61,470 bases of DNA from Caldithrix sp. (GCA_004356825.1 SMXC01000166.1:1-61470); one strand, 5' to 3'. Counted from the first letter of the stretch, positions 8,973 through 21,441 are shown. Program-made: numbers and translations. The notes: generated from the letters alone by a model not told the origin.

Positions 8973-9986
8973 TTAAGTCTTCTTTACTAAAGTATCTCGA
9001 AACACACCTTGAGCGCCAAAGCTCTCTTTAAACCTCGCCAGTCCCCAATTCGGTTTCATGTTAACTGTAAAGATACCGAAATCCAAAAATTTAAAATGAT
9101 TGCGGATAGACCAGCGCACGACTTCACAAAAAAGCGCGTTGACGGCGCGAACCTGCTGCATTTCTTCAAGATGACTGATATAAAAAGCCAGCGCTACTTT
9201 GGAATTACAGACAAAAATCACGATTCCCGCAATCATTTGGTCGTTGTGAAAAGCGCCGAATAACTTTATCCGGTCAGGAAACAATTTTTTCAATCCAACC
9301 AATTCATCCAGTGTATGGGTCGGCTGAACGTTGTGCCGCATGCCAAGGTTTTTTTGCAAAATTGCATAAAAAGCTGAGAAATCTTCGCTTTCATAAACCT
9401 TAACTCCTGATTTTTCGGCTTTGCGCGCAGCTCTTCTGGACTCCGGACTAAAAATCAACAAGGTATCTTCTTCCGCAAAATCGAGGGGAATCACGCTGGA
9501 AATTTCCCTTTTTAAATAAGTGAAACCCGATTCCAATAAGGCGAAATCCAGGTAATTGCTTGGGCGGGAATAATAAATTTGCGGCGGTAAAGTCAGGATG
9601 ATTTTAGAAATAGCATTGGCGTTTGTCCATTCTGCTAAAGCTTCGACCACGCCAAACAGATCTTTAATAGAAATGGAATCGTTGAAAACCGGCCCCGCCA
9701 TCGAGACTCCGGGATGTGAAATCAAGATCTGAGACTCGCCTTCTTGTTCAATTGCAGCCGGCAATAAGGCGAGGTATTTTTGCTCTTTTTTGAATATTAA
9801 TGAAGCATCCCGGAAGCGGTTTTTCGGATGGTAGTTTATAAATTGGCGGGTATGGAAAATCGTGCCGTTGTTGGATGCAGAGACAAATTCATCCCAGGCA
9901 TTATTATTTCTTTCGTGAAACTGCTCAACCTCGATAACACCCTTTTTCTTAAGATCCTTGAAAGCGATTTCTCTTTTTTCATTCAA
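8973..9986 (-). CDS. FemAB / Acetyltransf_6-like GNAT-fold protein
   Basis: 337 aa. The layout resembles FemAB-type or BioF2-like acyl/aminoacyl transferases by recall. The TTG start overlaps the argF stop by 8 nt (TTGAATGA). Confidence 0.55.
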   Translation of the reverse strand: MNEKREIAFKDLKKKGVIEVEQFHERNNNAWDEFVSASNNGTIFHTRQFINYHPKNRFRDASLIFKKEQKYLALLPAAIEQEGESQILISHPGVSMAGPVFNDSISIKDLFGVVEALAEWTNANAISKIILTLPPQIYYSRPSNYLDFALLESGFTYLKREISSVIPLDFAEEDTLLIFSPESRRAARKAEKSGVKVYESEDFSAFYAILQKNLGMRHNVQPTHTLDELVGLKKLFPDRIKLFGAFHNDQMIAGIVIFVCNSKVALAFYISHLEEMQQVRAVNALFCEVVRWSIRNHFKFLDFGIFTVNMKPNWGLARFKESFGAQGVFRDTLVKKT

Positions 9987-10890
9987 ACAACTTTACCATA
10001 ATTGCTTTTTGAACATGCAGACGATTTTCAGCTTCATCAAAAACAATTGAATGAGGGCCGTCAATCACTTCGTTCGTAATTTCATCACCGCGGTGAGCCG
10101 GCAGACAATGCATGACCAAGCAATCCGCTGCTGCGGATTTGAGCAAGTCTGCGTTTACCTGGAAATTACGAAATGCAATTTTTCTCGTTTCTGCTTCGGC
10201 TTCCTGTCCCATACTAGCCCAAACATCCGTGTAAATGACATCCGCATTCTGAACGGCTTCTGCAGGGCTTCTGAATATTTGAATCTCGCTGATCCCGCTT
10301 TGCATAGCCGATTTTAAAATCTCATCATCCGGATCGTATCCCTCCGGGATCGCCAGTGAGAGTGTCATCGGAATTTTCGAAGCGATATTGATCCATGAAT
10401 TGGTAACATTGTTACCGTCGCCAAGGTAAGCAATTTTCAGGTTATCACGCCGGCCTTTTTTTTCATAAATTGTAAACAAATCAGCCATAATTTGACACGG
10501 ATGCAGTAAATCTGTCAACCCATTGACAATGGGTACCGTTGCGTGTTTGGCTAATTCCAGAATATCCTCATGGCCAAAGAGCCTCGCCATGATAATGTCA
10601 ACGTAGCGCGAGAGGACTTGCGAGATATCTCCAACAGATTCCCGCTGGCCAATCTGGATATCATTCGGTCCCAAATAGAGCGCGTGCCCGCCAAGCTGGA
10701 ACATACCGACTTCAAAGGAAACGCGGGTGCGTGCTGAAGGCTTTGCAAAAATCATCGCAAGGGTTTTGCCTTCTAAAAGTTTGTGTGGCTCATCATTTTT
10801 TTGTTTGGATTTTAAATCCTCCGTCAGGTCAAATATTTCTAATATCTCACCTTTTGAAAAATCCGAAATCGCGAGAAAGTGTTTGCTCAA
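9979..10890 (-). CDS. argF: Ornithine carbamoyltransferase
   Basis: Motifs SARTR (SxRTR), HPCQ, DGNNV and HCLPAHRGDE are present. 303 aa. TTG start. Confidence 0.9.
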   Translation of the reverse strand: MSKHFLAISDFSKGEILEIFDLTEDLKSKQKNDEPHKLLEGKTLAMIFAKPSARTRVSFEVGMFQLGGHALYLGPNDIQIGQRESVGDISQVLSRYVDIIMARLFGHEDILELAKHATVPIVNGLTDLLHPCQIMADLFTIYEKKGRRDNLKIAYLGDGNNVTNSWINIASKIPMTLSLAIPEGYDPDDEILKSAMQSGISEIQIFRSPAEAVQNADVIYTDVWASMGQEAEAETRKIAFRNFQVNADLLKSAAADCLVMHCLPAHRGDEITNEVIDGPHSIVFDEAENRLHVQKAIMVKLFE

Positions 10891-10938
10891 TAAAAGGCCT
10901 TTGTGTTTCTTGGGTTGTGGCTAAAATAGAAGTGCGTC

Positions 10939-12315
10939 TTATAAAATATACCGGCTTAGATCCTCGTCCTCCACAATGTCGTTTAATGTGTCACGAACAA
11001 GTTTCTTGGTAATTTTCACTTTTTTTATTTTCACATCGGGAACGTTAAATAAATGGTCTTCCAGGAGAGCAGTTAAAATCGTGTGCAATCTCCGCGCACC
11101 AATATTCTCCGTGCGTTCGTTAACCTGATTTGCAATATTAGCAATTTCCTGTATTGAATCCTTTGCGAATGTAAGTTCCACACCTTCTGTTTTGAGAAGA
11201 GCGATGTACTGTTTAATCAAGGCATTTTCAGGCTCGGTCAGAATTCTGACGAAATCAGCTGCGGTGAGACTGTTCAACTCAACACGGATTGGGAAGCGGC
11301 CCTGCAGCTCCGGAATGAGATCGGAAGGTTTCGCAACATGAAAAGCACCGGAGGCAATAAATAAAATATGATCGGTTTTAACCATGCCGTACTTTGTGAA
11401 CACACTTGTCCCTTCTACAATCGGAAGCAGGTCTCTTTGAACCCCCTGCCGCGAAACGTCAGGACCTGCTTTGCTGTCTTCACCGGCAATTTTGTCGATT
11501 TCATCAAGAAATACAATGCCGGAATTTTGAACGCGTTCAATCGCCTCTTTAACGACCTGCTCCATATCGATAAGCTTTTGGGCCTCTTCCTGAATGAGAT
11601 GATCCCTGGCCTCTTTTACTTTCATCTTGCGGCGCTTGGTTTTTTTGGGGATCATTCCGCCGAAGAGATCCTGCAGATTGATGCCCATTTCCTCCACACC
11701 CATTGGCGAAATGATCTGCATTGAGGGGAATTGATCGCTCTGAACATCCAACTCGACGGTCCGACCCTCTAATTCTCCTTTGTCGAGTTTGGCTTCGAAT
11801 TTGGCTCTATTTCTTTTATAGCGCTCCTCTGCATCATCAATCACCGTATCTGAATTGTTATCGATTCCGACACGTTTTCTTTTTTTCGGAGGAGGAGAAA
11901 TCAGCAAATCCAATATTCGTTCTTTTGCATGTTTTTCGGCCCTTACCTGCACTTCGTCCGTCTTTTCAGATTTGACCATTGAAACAGCCAGATCGGTCAA
12001 ATCGCGAATAATAGACTCGACATCTCGGCCCACGTAGCCAACTTCAGTGAATTTTGTGGCCTCAATTTTTATAAAAGGGGAGCCGGCAAGGCGGGCTAAT
12101 CTCCGCGCGATTTCGGTTTTTCCAACGCCGGTGGGGCCGATTAGAATAATGTTGTTTGGGTAAATTTCATCGCGAAGTTCTTTGGGAACCTGCTGACGAC
12201 GCCAGCGGTTTCTAAGTGCAATAGCGACTGATTTTTTAGCATTATCCTGGCCAATAATATATTTATCTAACGCTTCTACAATTTGTTTTGGCGTCAACTC
12301 TTTAAGGTTTGACAT
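10939..12315 (-). CDS. hslU: ATP-dependent protease ATPase subunit HslU
   Basis: N-terminus [17 protein letters not shown] and Walker [16 protein letters not shown]. Directly follows hslV. Confidence 0.95.
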   Translation of the reverse strand: MSNLKELTPKQIVEALDKYIIGQDNAKKSVAIALRNRWRRQQVPKELRDEIYPNNIILIGPTGVGKTEIARRLARLAGSPFIKIEATKFTEVGYVGRDVESIIRDLTDLAVSMVKSEKTDEVQVRAEKHAKERILDLLISPPPKKRKRVGIDNNSDTVIDDAEERYKRNRAKFEAKLDKGELEGRTVELDVQSDQFPSMQIISPMGVEEMGINLQDLFGGMIPKKTKRRKMKVKEARDHLIQEEAQKLIDMEQVVKEAIERVQNSGIVFLDEIDKIAGEDSKAGPDVSRQGVQRDLLPIVEGTSVFTKYGMVKTDHILFIASGAFHVAKPSDLIPELQGRFPIRVELNSLTAADFVRILTEPENALIKQYIALLKTEGVELTFAKDSIQEIANIANQVNERTENIGARRLHTILTALLEDHLFNVPDVKIKKVKITKKLVRDTLNDIVEDEDLSRYIL

Positions 12316-12330
12316 TCAGAGGCATCCTCA

Positions 12331-12864
12331 TCATAATTCGGCGACTGTAAGATCTGAACTGGTGTAGATACAGATTCTGGCTGCAATTTTCAACGATTCC
12401 TCAACTATTTTTCTTGCATCTAAATCGGCGTGTTTTACTAAGGCACTGGCCGCAGAGAGCGCAAAACTGCCTCCGGAGCCAATCGCGAGAATATTATCAT
12501 CAGGCTCGATAATGTCACCGGTTCCGGAAATTAAGAACATGCTTTCCTTATCGATAACCACAAGTTGGGCTTCAAGCCTGCGTAGGTATTTGTCGGTTCG
12601 CCACTCTTTGGCCAATTCGACTGCAGAGCGGCTCAAATTTCCGCTGTATTGGTCCAAGCGTTTCTCAAATCTTTCGAAAAGTGTGAAGGCGTCTGCGGAT
12701 GCTCCGGCAAAACCCGCCAAGACGGAATTATCATAAAGCCTGCGGATTTTTTTTGCCTTTAGCTTTAGGATAGCATCGCCAAAGGTCACCTGGCCGTCAC
12801 CACCCAAAGCACTTTTCCCTTTATGGCGGACGCCGAGAATTGTTGTGCTTCTAAATGTTTCCAT
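12331..12864 (-). CDS. hslV: ATP-dependent protease subunit HslV
   Basis: [24 protein letters not shown]-terminal-Thr protease signature, preceded by a short pro-segment (METFRS). Confidence 0.95.
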   Translation of the reverse strand: METFRSTTILGVRHKGKSALGGDGQVTFGDAILKLKAKKIRRLYDNSVLAGFAGASADAFTLFERFEKRLDQYSGNLSRSAVELAKEWRTDKYLRRLEAQLVVIDKESMFLISGTGDIIEPDDNILAIGSGGSFALSAASALVKHADLDARKIVEESLKIAARICIYTSSDLTVAEL

Positions 12865-12871
12865 TCTACAC

Positions 12872-14320
12872 TTAAATTTTTCTTCTTAAGCGGGAAACCG
12901 GAATCATCATTTGTTCCCGGTACTTAGCCACTGTACGACGAGCCACTTTAAATCCTTTCTCTTTTAGCATCTCCGCTATTTTTTGATCGTTCAATGGTTT
13001 ATTGGAATCCTCTTCGTCAATGATTCCTTTGATTATGGATTTAATTTTTTTGTTTGAAACATCGTCTCCTGCGTCGCTGTGGATCCGTTCGCTAAAGAAG
13101 TACTTCAATTCAAAAACACCATGCTCAGTCTGGACATATTTGCCATTCGTAACTCGGCTAATCGTTGAAATATCCATACCGATTTCGTCTGCGATATCTT
13201 TCAAAATCATAGGTTTTAGAAAATCTTTTCCACGCTCAAAAAACTCTCTCTGCTGTTCGATAATTGTTTCCATCACCCTCAAAATGGTTGCCCGTCGCTG
13301 GTGAATTGAATTGATTAACCACCTCGCAGATTCCAAGCTTTGTCGAATATAGTCTCTGGTTTCTTTTGAAGATTTCTTTTTATTAAGCAATAATTTTTTG
13401 TATGAATTATTTATTCTAAGATGAGGAATATTCCAATCATTCATGCTAATTTTAAATTCATCGTCTTCTTTTTCAACCACCAGATCCGGAACGATTACAT
13501 TTTGATGCAAGAGTACATAACCTTCGCCGGGCTTTGGATTTAACTTTGTAACTACCTCGATGACCCGACGAATGTCATCGAGAGTCAGGTCCATCTTCTT
13601 GGTTATTTTTTCGTAGCGCTTATTCGTAAAATCTTCAAAATGATCCCTGAGAATATCAATGGCAATCTCATCATTAGGGTCGAATTCCTCCATTTGAATC
13701 AACAAGCATTCCTGGAGGGTTCTGGCTCCAATACCAACCGGATCAAACTGTTGAATAATTTTCAGCACCTTTTCAACTTCTTCCCGATCAACATCAAGAT
13801 TGATGGCAATTAAGTCCGCATCATAAGACAGATACCCGTGTTCATTGATATTCCAAATAATATATTCCCCAATCATAATTTCATCTTCGGAAAGAGGCAA
13901 CATGTTAAGCTGGCTTAAAAGATGCTCAGGCAAAGTCGTTTGCGCGACCTCCGGGCGCTCAAAAACTTCGGCACTGTCGTCCTTGGGCATTTTGAATTCG
14001 TAATTGTCTTCATCATTTAAAATTGACTCCCAATCGATCTCCTCTTTCTCAAAGTCATCCATGGCGTCGTTTTCGGGTTCTTCCTCTGCCTCATCATCAG
14101 TGTCCTCGTCAAGATCAGTGGCTCCCTCTTCATCGATTTCTTCTTCCAACTCCATTTCCATCTCTTCATCTAATTCGAGAAGAGGGTTCATTTCAAGTTC
14201 GAGTTTAATTTTATGCTCTAAGCTCAAAGCCGGCAGCTGAAGTAAAGATGACAGCAACACCTGTTGCGGTGATTGCTTTAACTGCATGCTGAGTCTTTGG
14301 GTTAAGTTCAGATTAGGCAT
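12872..14320 (-). CDS. rpoN: RNA polymerase sigma-54 factor
   Basis: Gln/Leu-rich region I, a long acidic region II, a C-terminal HTH and the RpoN box ARRTVAKYR. Follows lptB as in many proteobacterial loci. Confidence 0.95.
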   Translation of the reverse strand: MPNLNLTQRLSMQLKQSPQQVLLSSLLQLPALSLEHKIKLELEMNPLLELDEEMEMELEEEIDEEGATDLDEDTDDEAEEEPENDAMDDFEKEEIDWESILNDEDNYEFKMPKDDSAEVFERPEVAQTTLPEHLLSQLNMLPLSEDEIMIGEYIIWNINEHGYLSYDADLIAINLDVDREEVEKVLKIIQQFDPVGIGARTLQECLLIQMEEFDPNDEIAIDILRDHFEDFTNKRYEKITKKMDLTLDDIRRVIEVVTKLNPKPGEGYVLLHQNVIVPDLVVEKEDDEFKISMNDWNIPHLRINNSYKKLLLNKKKSSKETRDYIRQSLESARWLINSIHQRRATILRVMETIIEQQREFFERGKDFLKPMILKDIADEIGMDISTISRVTNGKYVQTEHGVFELKYFFSERIHSDAGDDVSNKKIKSIIKGIIDEEDSNKPLNDQKIAEMLKEKGFKVARRTVAKYREQMMIPVSRLRRKI

Positions 14321-14373
14321 GATTCGAATTGACTTATTTTAAATAAATCCATTATGGAAAATCTCCATATTAT

Positions 14374-15102
14374 CTATCTTTCTAATTTAAATTTCTCCCC
14401 AAAATAAAGCTTGATGGCTTCAGGATCATTTGCTAATAATTCAGCCGTTCCCTCTTTTAAAACGATGCCGTCATACAAAAGATAGGCACGATCTGTGATC
14501 GACAAAGTTTCATGAACATTATGATCGGTTATTAAAACGCCAATGCCTTTCTCTTTTAACGACTTAACGATATTTTGAATCTCCTCTACGGCTATCGGGT
14601 CAACGCCCGAAAAAGGTTCATCGAGCAAAATAAACTTAGGTTCGGTCACAAGCGTGCGTGTAATTTCGACACGGCGACGTTCACCCCCCGACAAAGTATA
14701 TGCTTTATTTTTTGCCAGATGGGAAATATTCAACTCCATCAAAAGACTCTCTAATCGGTTTGCGCGCTCTTTTTTTGAAAGGTCCAGAGTCTCGAGAATT
14801 GCTAAAATATTCTGTTCAACTGTTAATCGGCGGAAAATTGACTGTTCTTGAGAAAGATAACTTATCCCCATCCGCGCCCGTTTATACATCGGCTGCCGGG
14901 TAATTTCCTGGTCATCAAAATAAATCTTGCCACCCTGGGGCCTGATCATACCGACAATCAAGTAGAACGTCGTTGTCTTTCCGGCGCCGTTGGGACCAAG
15001 TAAGCCGACAATTTCGCCCTGCTCGATACTTATACTGACACGATTTACGACTTTCCGTTTTTTATAAACCTTGACAAGATCTTCGGTTCTTAGTTTAATC
15101 AT
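14374..15102 (-). CDS. lptB: LPS export ABC transporter ATPase LptB
   Basis: Walker [10 protein letters not shown], signature LSGGERRR and Walker B ILLDEP. The position between the lptA-like gene and rpoN supports the call. Confidence 0.9.
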   Translation of the reverse strand: MIKLRTEDLVKVYKKRKVVNRVSISIEQGEIVGLLGPNGAGKTTTFYLIVGMIRPQGGKIYFDDQEITRQPMYKRARMGISYLSQEQSIFRRLTVEQNILAILETLDLSKKERANRLESLLMELNISHLAKNKAYTLSGGERRRVEITRTLVTEPKFILLDEPFSGVDPIAVEEIQNIVKSLKEKGIGVLITDHNVHETLSITDRAYLLYDGIVLKEGTAELLANDPEAIKLYFGEKFKLER

Positions 15103-15161
15103 TTATTATAGCACTAACACGTTTTGACAGAAGGCTTTGATACTTTATATCAAATCGCAAC

Positions 15162-16262
15162 TCATATTTGATTAGGCGGAGAATATTTCCCGGTTGATAA
15201 ATCCGGACTACTGCTCACCTGCACCGTTTGCGCCTGGCCATCAACCAGCTCAATAGTTATCCTGTCACCGGAGACCTCATTCGTGCCCTTGTACTCCTTT
15301 TCTTCTATTATATGATATAAACTCGTAGCTTGATTTTTTATGATAACCTTCTTTAGTTCATTCGCATCCCCGAAAAAAAATTCCATGGTCTGGCCGGTCA
15401 ACTTATTAAGCCATTTCCCTCTATCCAACGTGTCTGCATCTGAAATTGCCAAAGCATTGCCTGTCACGACGGCCCTGTTTAACTTTGAGTCATGCAAATA
15501 GAGCTTCAAAGTATCTCCCGAGATTTGCTGATTTCTTTGTAAGATTTTGGGGGAATCGGTTAAAGTAATTTCACTTTCTGATTTAATATATTCCGCCTGC
15601 CCGCAGGTTGCTTTAATATCCGGTTGAATAATTTCAACATTTCCTTTTGCGATAGTCCGCTGACCATTTTCAAAGACTTCCATTGTGTCAGCCAGAATTC
15701 TCATTATTTCATTGCCCAGGCTGTCATTTTGAATGAGGACAGGATGATCAAATACTTCCCCATACTTCGCTTCCCGTTGATATACGGCAAATCCTCCGGT
15801 AAGAATCGTTTTCTCTTTTGGGTCAATTTTTCGAACATCCCCTTCCGAAATTACCTTTTTTTGTTTTTGGAAATATGTCATCCGATTCGCAGTAGTTGTA
15901 TCATTTTCTGTAAAGCTACGGACATTCCCAACTGCGACTAGTTTAAATTCCTTCGTGTAAATATAAACCGTATCCGCAAAAAGGCTCTGTTCTTCATCAT
16001 AAATATAAACATTGCCAATGAGAGCGATCGGATCTTTATCGATGGTTTGGGAAGCGAGATCACATTCAATAGTCTTCTTCCCTTGCTCGAACTTAACACT
16101 ACCTGTCAAAACTTGTTTTACTTCTTGACCTATCGTTTCTCGTTTTAACAAATCAGCATGAATCAATCTCAACCGTTCTGGCTTTCCCTGGCTGAGCGCC
16201 GCCGCCGGCGTTGAAAAAAGCAACAGTAGCAGAAAAATTGTATTAGTTTGTATCTTTATCAT
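15162..16262 (-). CDS. lptA: OstA/LptA-family periplasmic protein (double length, 366 aa)
   Basis: Signal peptide (LLLLLFSTPAAALSQ) followed by repeated OstA-like beta-jellyroll segments. It lies between lptC-like and lptB. The symbol is assigned by synteny only. Confidence 0.6.
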   Translation of the reverse strand: MIKIQTNTIFLLLLLFSTPAAALSQGKPERLRLIHADLLKRETIGQEVKQVLTGSVKFEQGKKTIECDLASQTIDKDPIALIGNVYIYDEEQSLFADTVYIYTKEFKLVAVGNVRSFTENDTTTANRMTYFQKQKKVISEGDVRKIDPKEKTILTGGFAVYQREAKYGEVFDHPVLIQNDSLGNEIMRILADTMEVFENGQRTIAKGNVEIIQPDIKATCGQAEYIKSESEITLTDSPKILQRNQQISGDTLKLYLHDSKLNRAVVTGNALAISDADTLDRGKWLNKLTGQTMEFFFGDANELKKVIIKNQATSLYHIIEEKEYKGTNEVSGDRITIELVDGQAQTVQVSSSPDLSTGKYSPPNQI

Positions 16263-16821
16263 CCTTGAAGTCGAGTTGTAATTTTTTCTGCGTAACTCCC
16301 GTTGGGTTCTTGATAGTCCAGTTTTTTAGAGATTTCTCCGATGTAAAACCATGTCCGAATATCGTATCATTGTCTGCTGTCACAAATCTCACAAAGTCTT
16401 CAGACCTAATTTTGCTTTGATTTTGAGTCAGGCGAAGAGACGATGTATTTAATTGGATCCCGTCGCTGGTGGTTACAACAACATGACCGGTTAAATCAAT
16501 ATTCTTTGTGTTTTCATTCAAAACAGCTTCATCGGCTTGAATTCGTGAAGTTTGGTCCTCGTTTTCATCAAAAAACTCAAACTCAACGCCATCGACAAAC
16601 TTAACTAATTTCTTTTTTGAAAATATTTTCATGTGAACATACTTAATTTTAGACGAGAGTTTACCCTTGTGCGTGGAGACTATAGTCGAATTCCATCCTT
16701 CCTGATCAGGAATATCCGATATATCCGGGTTAGAAGCAGCTACTTCCCGATCAGACTGACACGATAACATCAAACCCGAAAGAACACAAAGAGTCAAAGT
16801 TTTAAAAAAATTTAAAAACAT
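16243..16821 (-). CDS. lptC: LptC-like protein, apparently a lipoprotein
   Basis: LptC-type core (IQADEAVLNENTKNIDLTGHVVVTT...IFGHGFTSE). The start is moved to ATG 16821 (MFLNFFKTLTLCVLSGLMLSC, lipobox-like LMLSC). It overlaps the next gene by 20 nt. Confidence 0.6.
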   Translation of the reverse strand: MFLNFFKTLTLCVLSGLMLSCQSDREVAASNPDISDIPDQEGWNSTIVSTHKGKLSSKIKYVHMKIFSKKKLVKFVDGVEFEFFDENEDQTSRIQADEAVLNENTKNIDLTGHVVVTTSDGIQLNTSSLRLTQNQSKIRSEDFVRFVTADNDTIFGHGFTSEKSLKNWTIKNPTGVTQKKLQLDFKDDKDTN

Positions 16822-16857
16822 ATCAAGCTGTCGATATTGAAGGCCGTGCAAGTGTTT

Positions 16858-18492
<1,635 letters not shown>

Positions 18493-18556
18493 TTAATACC
18501 TTTTTGTATTGGTGTCTTGTATCTAATAAAGAGTGGCTGAGGATATTTTTTGCATA

Positions 18557-18844
18557 CTAACCAATCACTTTCGGTACGCTAAAATAGCCTTGTTTTTTTT
18601 GCGGCGCATTTGCGAGAGCTTGTTCTTGATCCAGCCAATCTTGCACATTATCTTCTCGAAGGACATTCTTCAAATCAGTTATATGCAAAGTCGGTTCAAC
18701 GGCTTTCGTATCTAATTCATTCAGCCTAGCAACATAAGTTACAATTTGCTCCAACTCTTTAGCCAATTTTTGTTTTTCTTCGGAGGGAAACTCCAGCTTG
18801 GCGAGCGTGGCAACTTTCTCAACATCCTCGATTTCTATGGGCAT
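18557..18844 (-). CDS. gatC: Asp/Glu-tRNA amidotransferase subunit C
   Basis: 95 aa. IEDVEKVATLAKLEFPSEEKQKLAKELEQIVTYV matches the GatC pattern. Confidence 0.9.
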   Translation of the reverse strand: MPIEIEDVEKVATLAKLEFPSEEKQKLAKELEQIVTYVARLNELDTKAVEPTLHITDLKNVLREDNVQDWLDQEQALANAPQKKQGYFSVPKVIG

Positions 18845-18888
18845 CAGATTTCCTATGCAAAAATTTTTTGACTCAAAATAGCAACCCT

Positions 18889-18917
18889 AATATAAAATAA
18901 ATGGAATTGATTGTCAA
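18889..18917 (-). promoter_or_regulatory. Near-consensus sigma-70 promoter for gatC-pyrG-lpt...
   Basis: The minus strand reads TTGACA (18917-18912), a 17-nt spacer, then TATATT (18894-18889). It sits between the rpmA terminator and the gatC ATG (18844). Confidence 0.55.
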
Positions 18918-18976
18918 GGCCAATTTTAGGCGGTTGGCATAGTTTTTGTAAATGTTACGATTATGAGACGTCACAA

Positions 18977-19006
18977 ATAAAAAAAGAGCAGCAATGTTTG
19001 CTGCTC
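18977..19006 (-). terminator. Rho-independent terminator after rpmA
   Basis: 8-bp stem gagcagca / tgctgctc (18986-18993 / 18999-19006) with a 5-nt loop, followed on the minus strand by TTTTTTTATTT. Confidence 0.75.
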
Positions 19007-19038
19007 TTCAATATTTAGCAATAAAATATAAACGGAGT

Positions 19039-19296
19039 TCAAGCTTTCGCAATGATATTCACGAGTTTCTTGTCCCGCCCCTTGCGTTGAAATTTAACCG
19101 TTCCTTCAGCCAGCGCAAAAAGAGTATCATCTTTCCCAATACCAACATTGAGACCGGGATGGAATTTGGTCCCTCGTTGCCTAACAAGAATACTCCCTGC
19201 AGTAACTAGCTGGCCATCATATCTTTTAACACCGAGAAATTGTGGATTACTATCCCGGCCATTTTTGGAACTGCCCACACCTTTTTTATGTGCCAT
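19039..19296 (-). CDS. rpmA: 50S ribosomal protein bL27
   Basis: [24 protein letters not shown]. Confidence 0.95.
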   Translation of the reverse strand: MAHKKGVGSSKNGRDSNPQFLGVKRYDGQLVTAGSILVRQRGTKFHPGLNVGIGKDDTLFALAEGTVKFQRKGRDKKLVNIIAKA

Positions 19297-19641
19297 TTAT
19301 TTTGCCTCCTCTGGTTCTTTCTTGCTCATACTGGCAACTATACTCTGAATTTCTAATTTGGTATAATCCTGCCTGTGCCCTTTTTTGACTTCAAAGCCTT
19401 TCCGTCTTTTCTTCTTATAAACAATGACTTTTTTCCCTCGCTCAAAACTTAATACCTTCGCTTTGACCGTTGCGCCCTTGAGAGTTGGTTGGCCGACAAG
19501 AACCTTGCCATTGTCCGAAACAAGCAAAACCTTGTCGAATTCAACACTTTTACCAACTTCAGCCGCTACTTTCGGCACCAGGATATTGTCCTTTTTGCTG
19601 ACTTTAAATTGTTTACCTGCTATATCTACAATCGCATACAT
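19297..19641 (-). CDS. rplU: 50S ribosomal protein bL21
   Basis: [16 protein letters not shown]. The stop abuts the rpmA start. It carries a short K/E-rich tail. Confidence 0.95.
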   Translation of the reverse strand: MYAIVDIAGKQFKVSKKDNILVPKVAAEVGKSVEFDKVLLVSDNGKVLVGQPTLKGATVKAKVLSFERGKKVIVYKKKRRKGFEVKKGHRQDYTKLEIQSIVASMSKKEPEEAK

Positions 19642-19701
19642 TATATTGATACCTCCCTTACATTATCGGCAAATAAATTCTTCTAAATTACAAGATGCGT
19701 C

Positions 19702-21222
19702 TCAAGATAAAAACTCTTCGGTTACATCCTTCTCAGTTTTCTTTACGATCATTTTAAACTGTTCGGTCTTAAGAGAATCATCTCTTTTGACTTCAATCTT
19801 AAGCCGGTATTTCCACATCAGCTTTCTGATATTATTCATCATACCGTTAAGCATATAATCAGCAATATGCGGATGAACAACTAATCTAAGAGACCATTCT
19901 TTTCTATCTGCTTTAAATCGTTTGATCCATCTTTCAATTCTGGTTAAAACGGTATTCTTAGAAACCACTCTTCCTAAACCCTCGCAAGTTGGGCATGCCT
20001 CACTGAATGCAAAAAGTAAACTCGGGCGAATCCGCTCACGAGTCATCTCAATCAGCCCAAATTCACTTACCTGGGCAATGTTCGCTTGAGCTCTGCTTTT
20101 TCGTAATTCCCGGCAAAATTCATTGTACAGTTTTTTCTTGTTTTTGAGCTCTAACATATCGATAAAATCGATGACAATAATCCCGCCAATATCGCGTAAC
20201 CTGAGTTGATGGGCAATCTCTTTTGCCGCTTCGAGGTTAATCTTCAGTATGTTATCCTCGGGTTCTTTTCCACCGAGAAACTTTCCGCTGTTAACGTCAA
20301 TTGCGACCAATGCTTCTGTGTGGTCGACAATAATATAACCCCCGCTCGGGGTCCAAACTTTTCTGGAAAGACTCTTTTGGATTTCACTTTCAATTCTAAA
20401 CTTATCGAAAATAGGCCTGCGGCCGGTGTATCGTTCTGCTCGGTTTGAGAGCGATGGGGCCACTTCCTTAAGATAAACAGTTATTTCCTTGTAAAGCTTT
20501 TTCGAGTCAATGACAACACGATCTACATCTTTGGTAAACAAATCACGAATGACACTCGAAGCCATGGCCGCATCTTTGAAAATCAGACCGGGAGAGCTAA
20601 CTCTTTTGAGCTTCTGTTCAACACCTTTCCACTGTTTGATTAGGCCATCTAAATCGGATTTTAGAGTTTTTTCGTCCTTGGTTTCTGCTACTGTTCTTGC
20701 AATCAGCCCAAAACCTTCGGGCCTGATGCTCCGTACTTTTTTTTTGAGTTCCCTTTTTTCCTTAATCTTAGATATTTTTCTCGATACCCCTACTACGTCA
20801 GAATTGGGAACGAGTACCAAAAATCTGCCGGGAAACGATAACTCGGTGGAAACTCTTGCACCCTTACTGCTAATAGGCTCTTTGATAATTTGAACGAGAA
20901 TCTCCTGTCCCTCTCGTGGGATAGGCCTCGTTCGGTTTCGCCTTGAATCGTTGTGCTTCCCATTTACATTGATAAAATCTTTATAATCTAATAATTTATC
21001 ACCGATATCAGAGAAATGTAGAAACGCATCCTGGCCGTGACCTATATCAACAAAAGCAGCGTGGATTCCCCTCACCACATTCACAACTTTTGCCAAATAA
21101 ATATCGCCAACCATTCTTTCGTGTTCAGGTTGCTCAACAAAAAGCTCAACAAGTCTACCATTTTCTTGAATGGCAATCCGTGTCTCTCCAATCGAAGAAT
21201 TAATGATTATTTCCTTTTTCAT
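19702..21222 (-). CDS. rng: Ribonuclease G/E family endoribonuclease (catalytic core only)
   Basis: S1 domain followed by the RNase E/G core (GGIIVIDFIDM), with a CPTCEG zinc-link-like motif. The start is moved to ATG 21222 (MKKEIIINSSIGETRIAIQENGRLVEL), which is typical of the family. Confidence 0.85.
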   Translation of the reverse strand: MKKEIIINSSIGETRIAIQENGRLVELFVEQPEHERMVGDIYLAKVVNVVRGIHAAFVDIGHGQDAFLHFSDIGDKLLDYKDFINVNGKHNDSRRNRTRPIPREGQEILVQIIKEPISSKGARVSTELSFPGRFLVLVPNSDVVGVSRKISKIKEKRELKKKVRSIRPEGFGLIARTVAETKDEKTLKSDLDGLIKQWKGVEQKLKRVSSPGLIFKDAAMASSVIRDLFTKDVDRVVIDSKKLYKEITVYLKEVAPSLSNRAERYTGRRPIFDKFRIESEIQKSLSRKVWTPSGGYIIVDHTEALVAIDVNSGKFLGGKEPEDNILKINLEAAKEIAHQLRLRDIGGIIVIDFIDMLELKNKKKLYNEFCRELRKSRAQANIAQVSEFGLIEMTRERIRPSLLFAFSEACPTCEGLGRVVSKNTVLTRIERWIKRFKADRKEWSLRLVVHPHIADYMLNGMMNNIRKLMWKYRLKIEVKRDDSLKTEQFKMIVKKTEKDVTEEFLS

Positions 21223-21365
21223 ATTTTCTACTTGTAATACTCCTATGGAAAAATTTGATTTCACAATTCACAAAAAACAATCCTTGCTGGGAGACTGTCA
21301 AAGAACATTTTTTAAACAAAAAGAGAGATTATCCCTTCAACAGATTCTGCAAAAAAGCAACTATT

Positions 21366-21394
21366 AGTATAAACAAAATATCAGTTATTTGCAA
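21366..21394 (-). promoter_or_regulatory. Candidate sigma-70 promoter upstream of rng
   Basis: The minus strand reads TTGCAA (21394-21389), a 17-nt spacer, then TATACT (21371-21366). This implies a leader of about 135 nt before ATG 21222. Confidence 0.45.
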
Positions 21395-21441
21395 GAAATT
21401 TTTACTTTGTCCGTCTGCCGGATAGAAGTTGTGAGTACAAG

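Noticed and set aside
15103-15113. Extended -10 element TGcTATAAT just upstream of lptB
   Set aside because: The hexamer ends only 2 nt before the lptB ATG, so any transcript would start inside the gene. It is most likely a chance match in AT-rich spacer.
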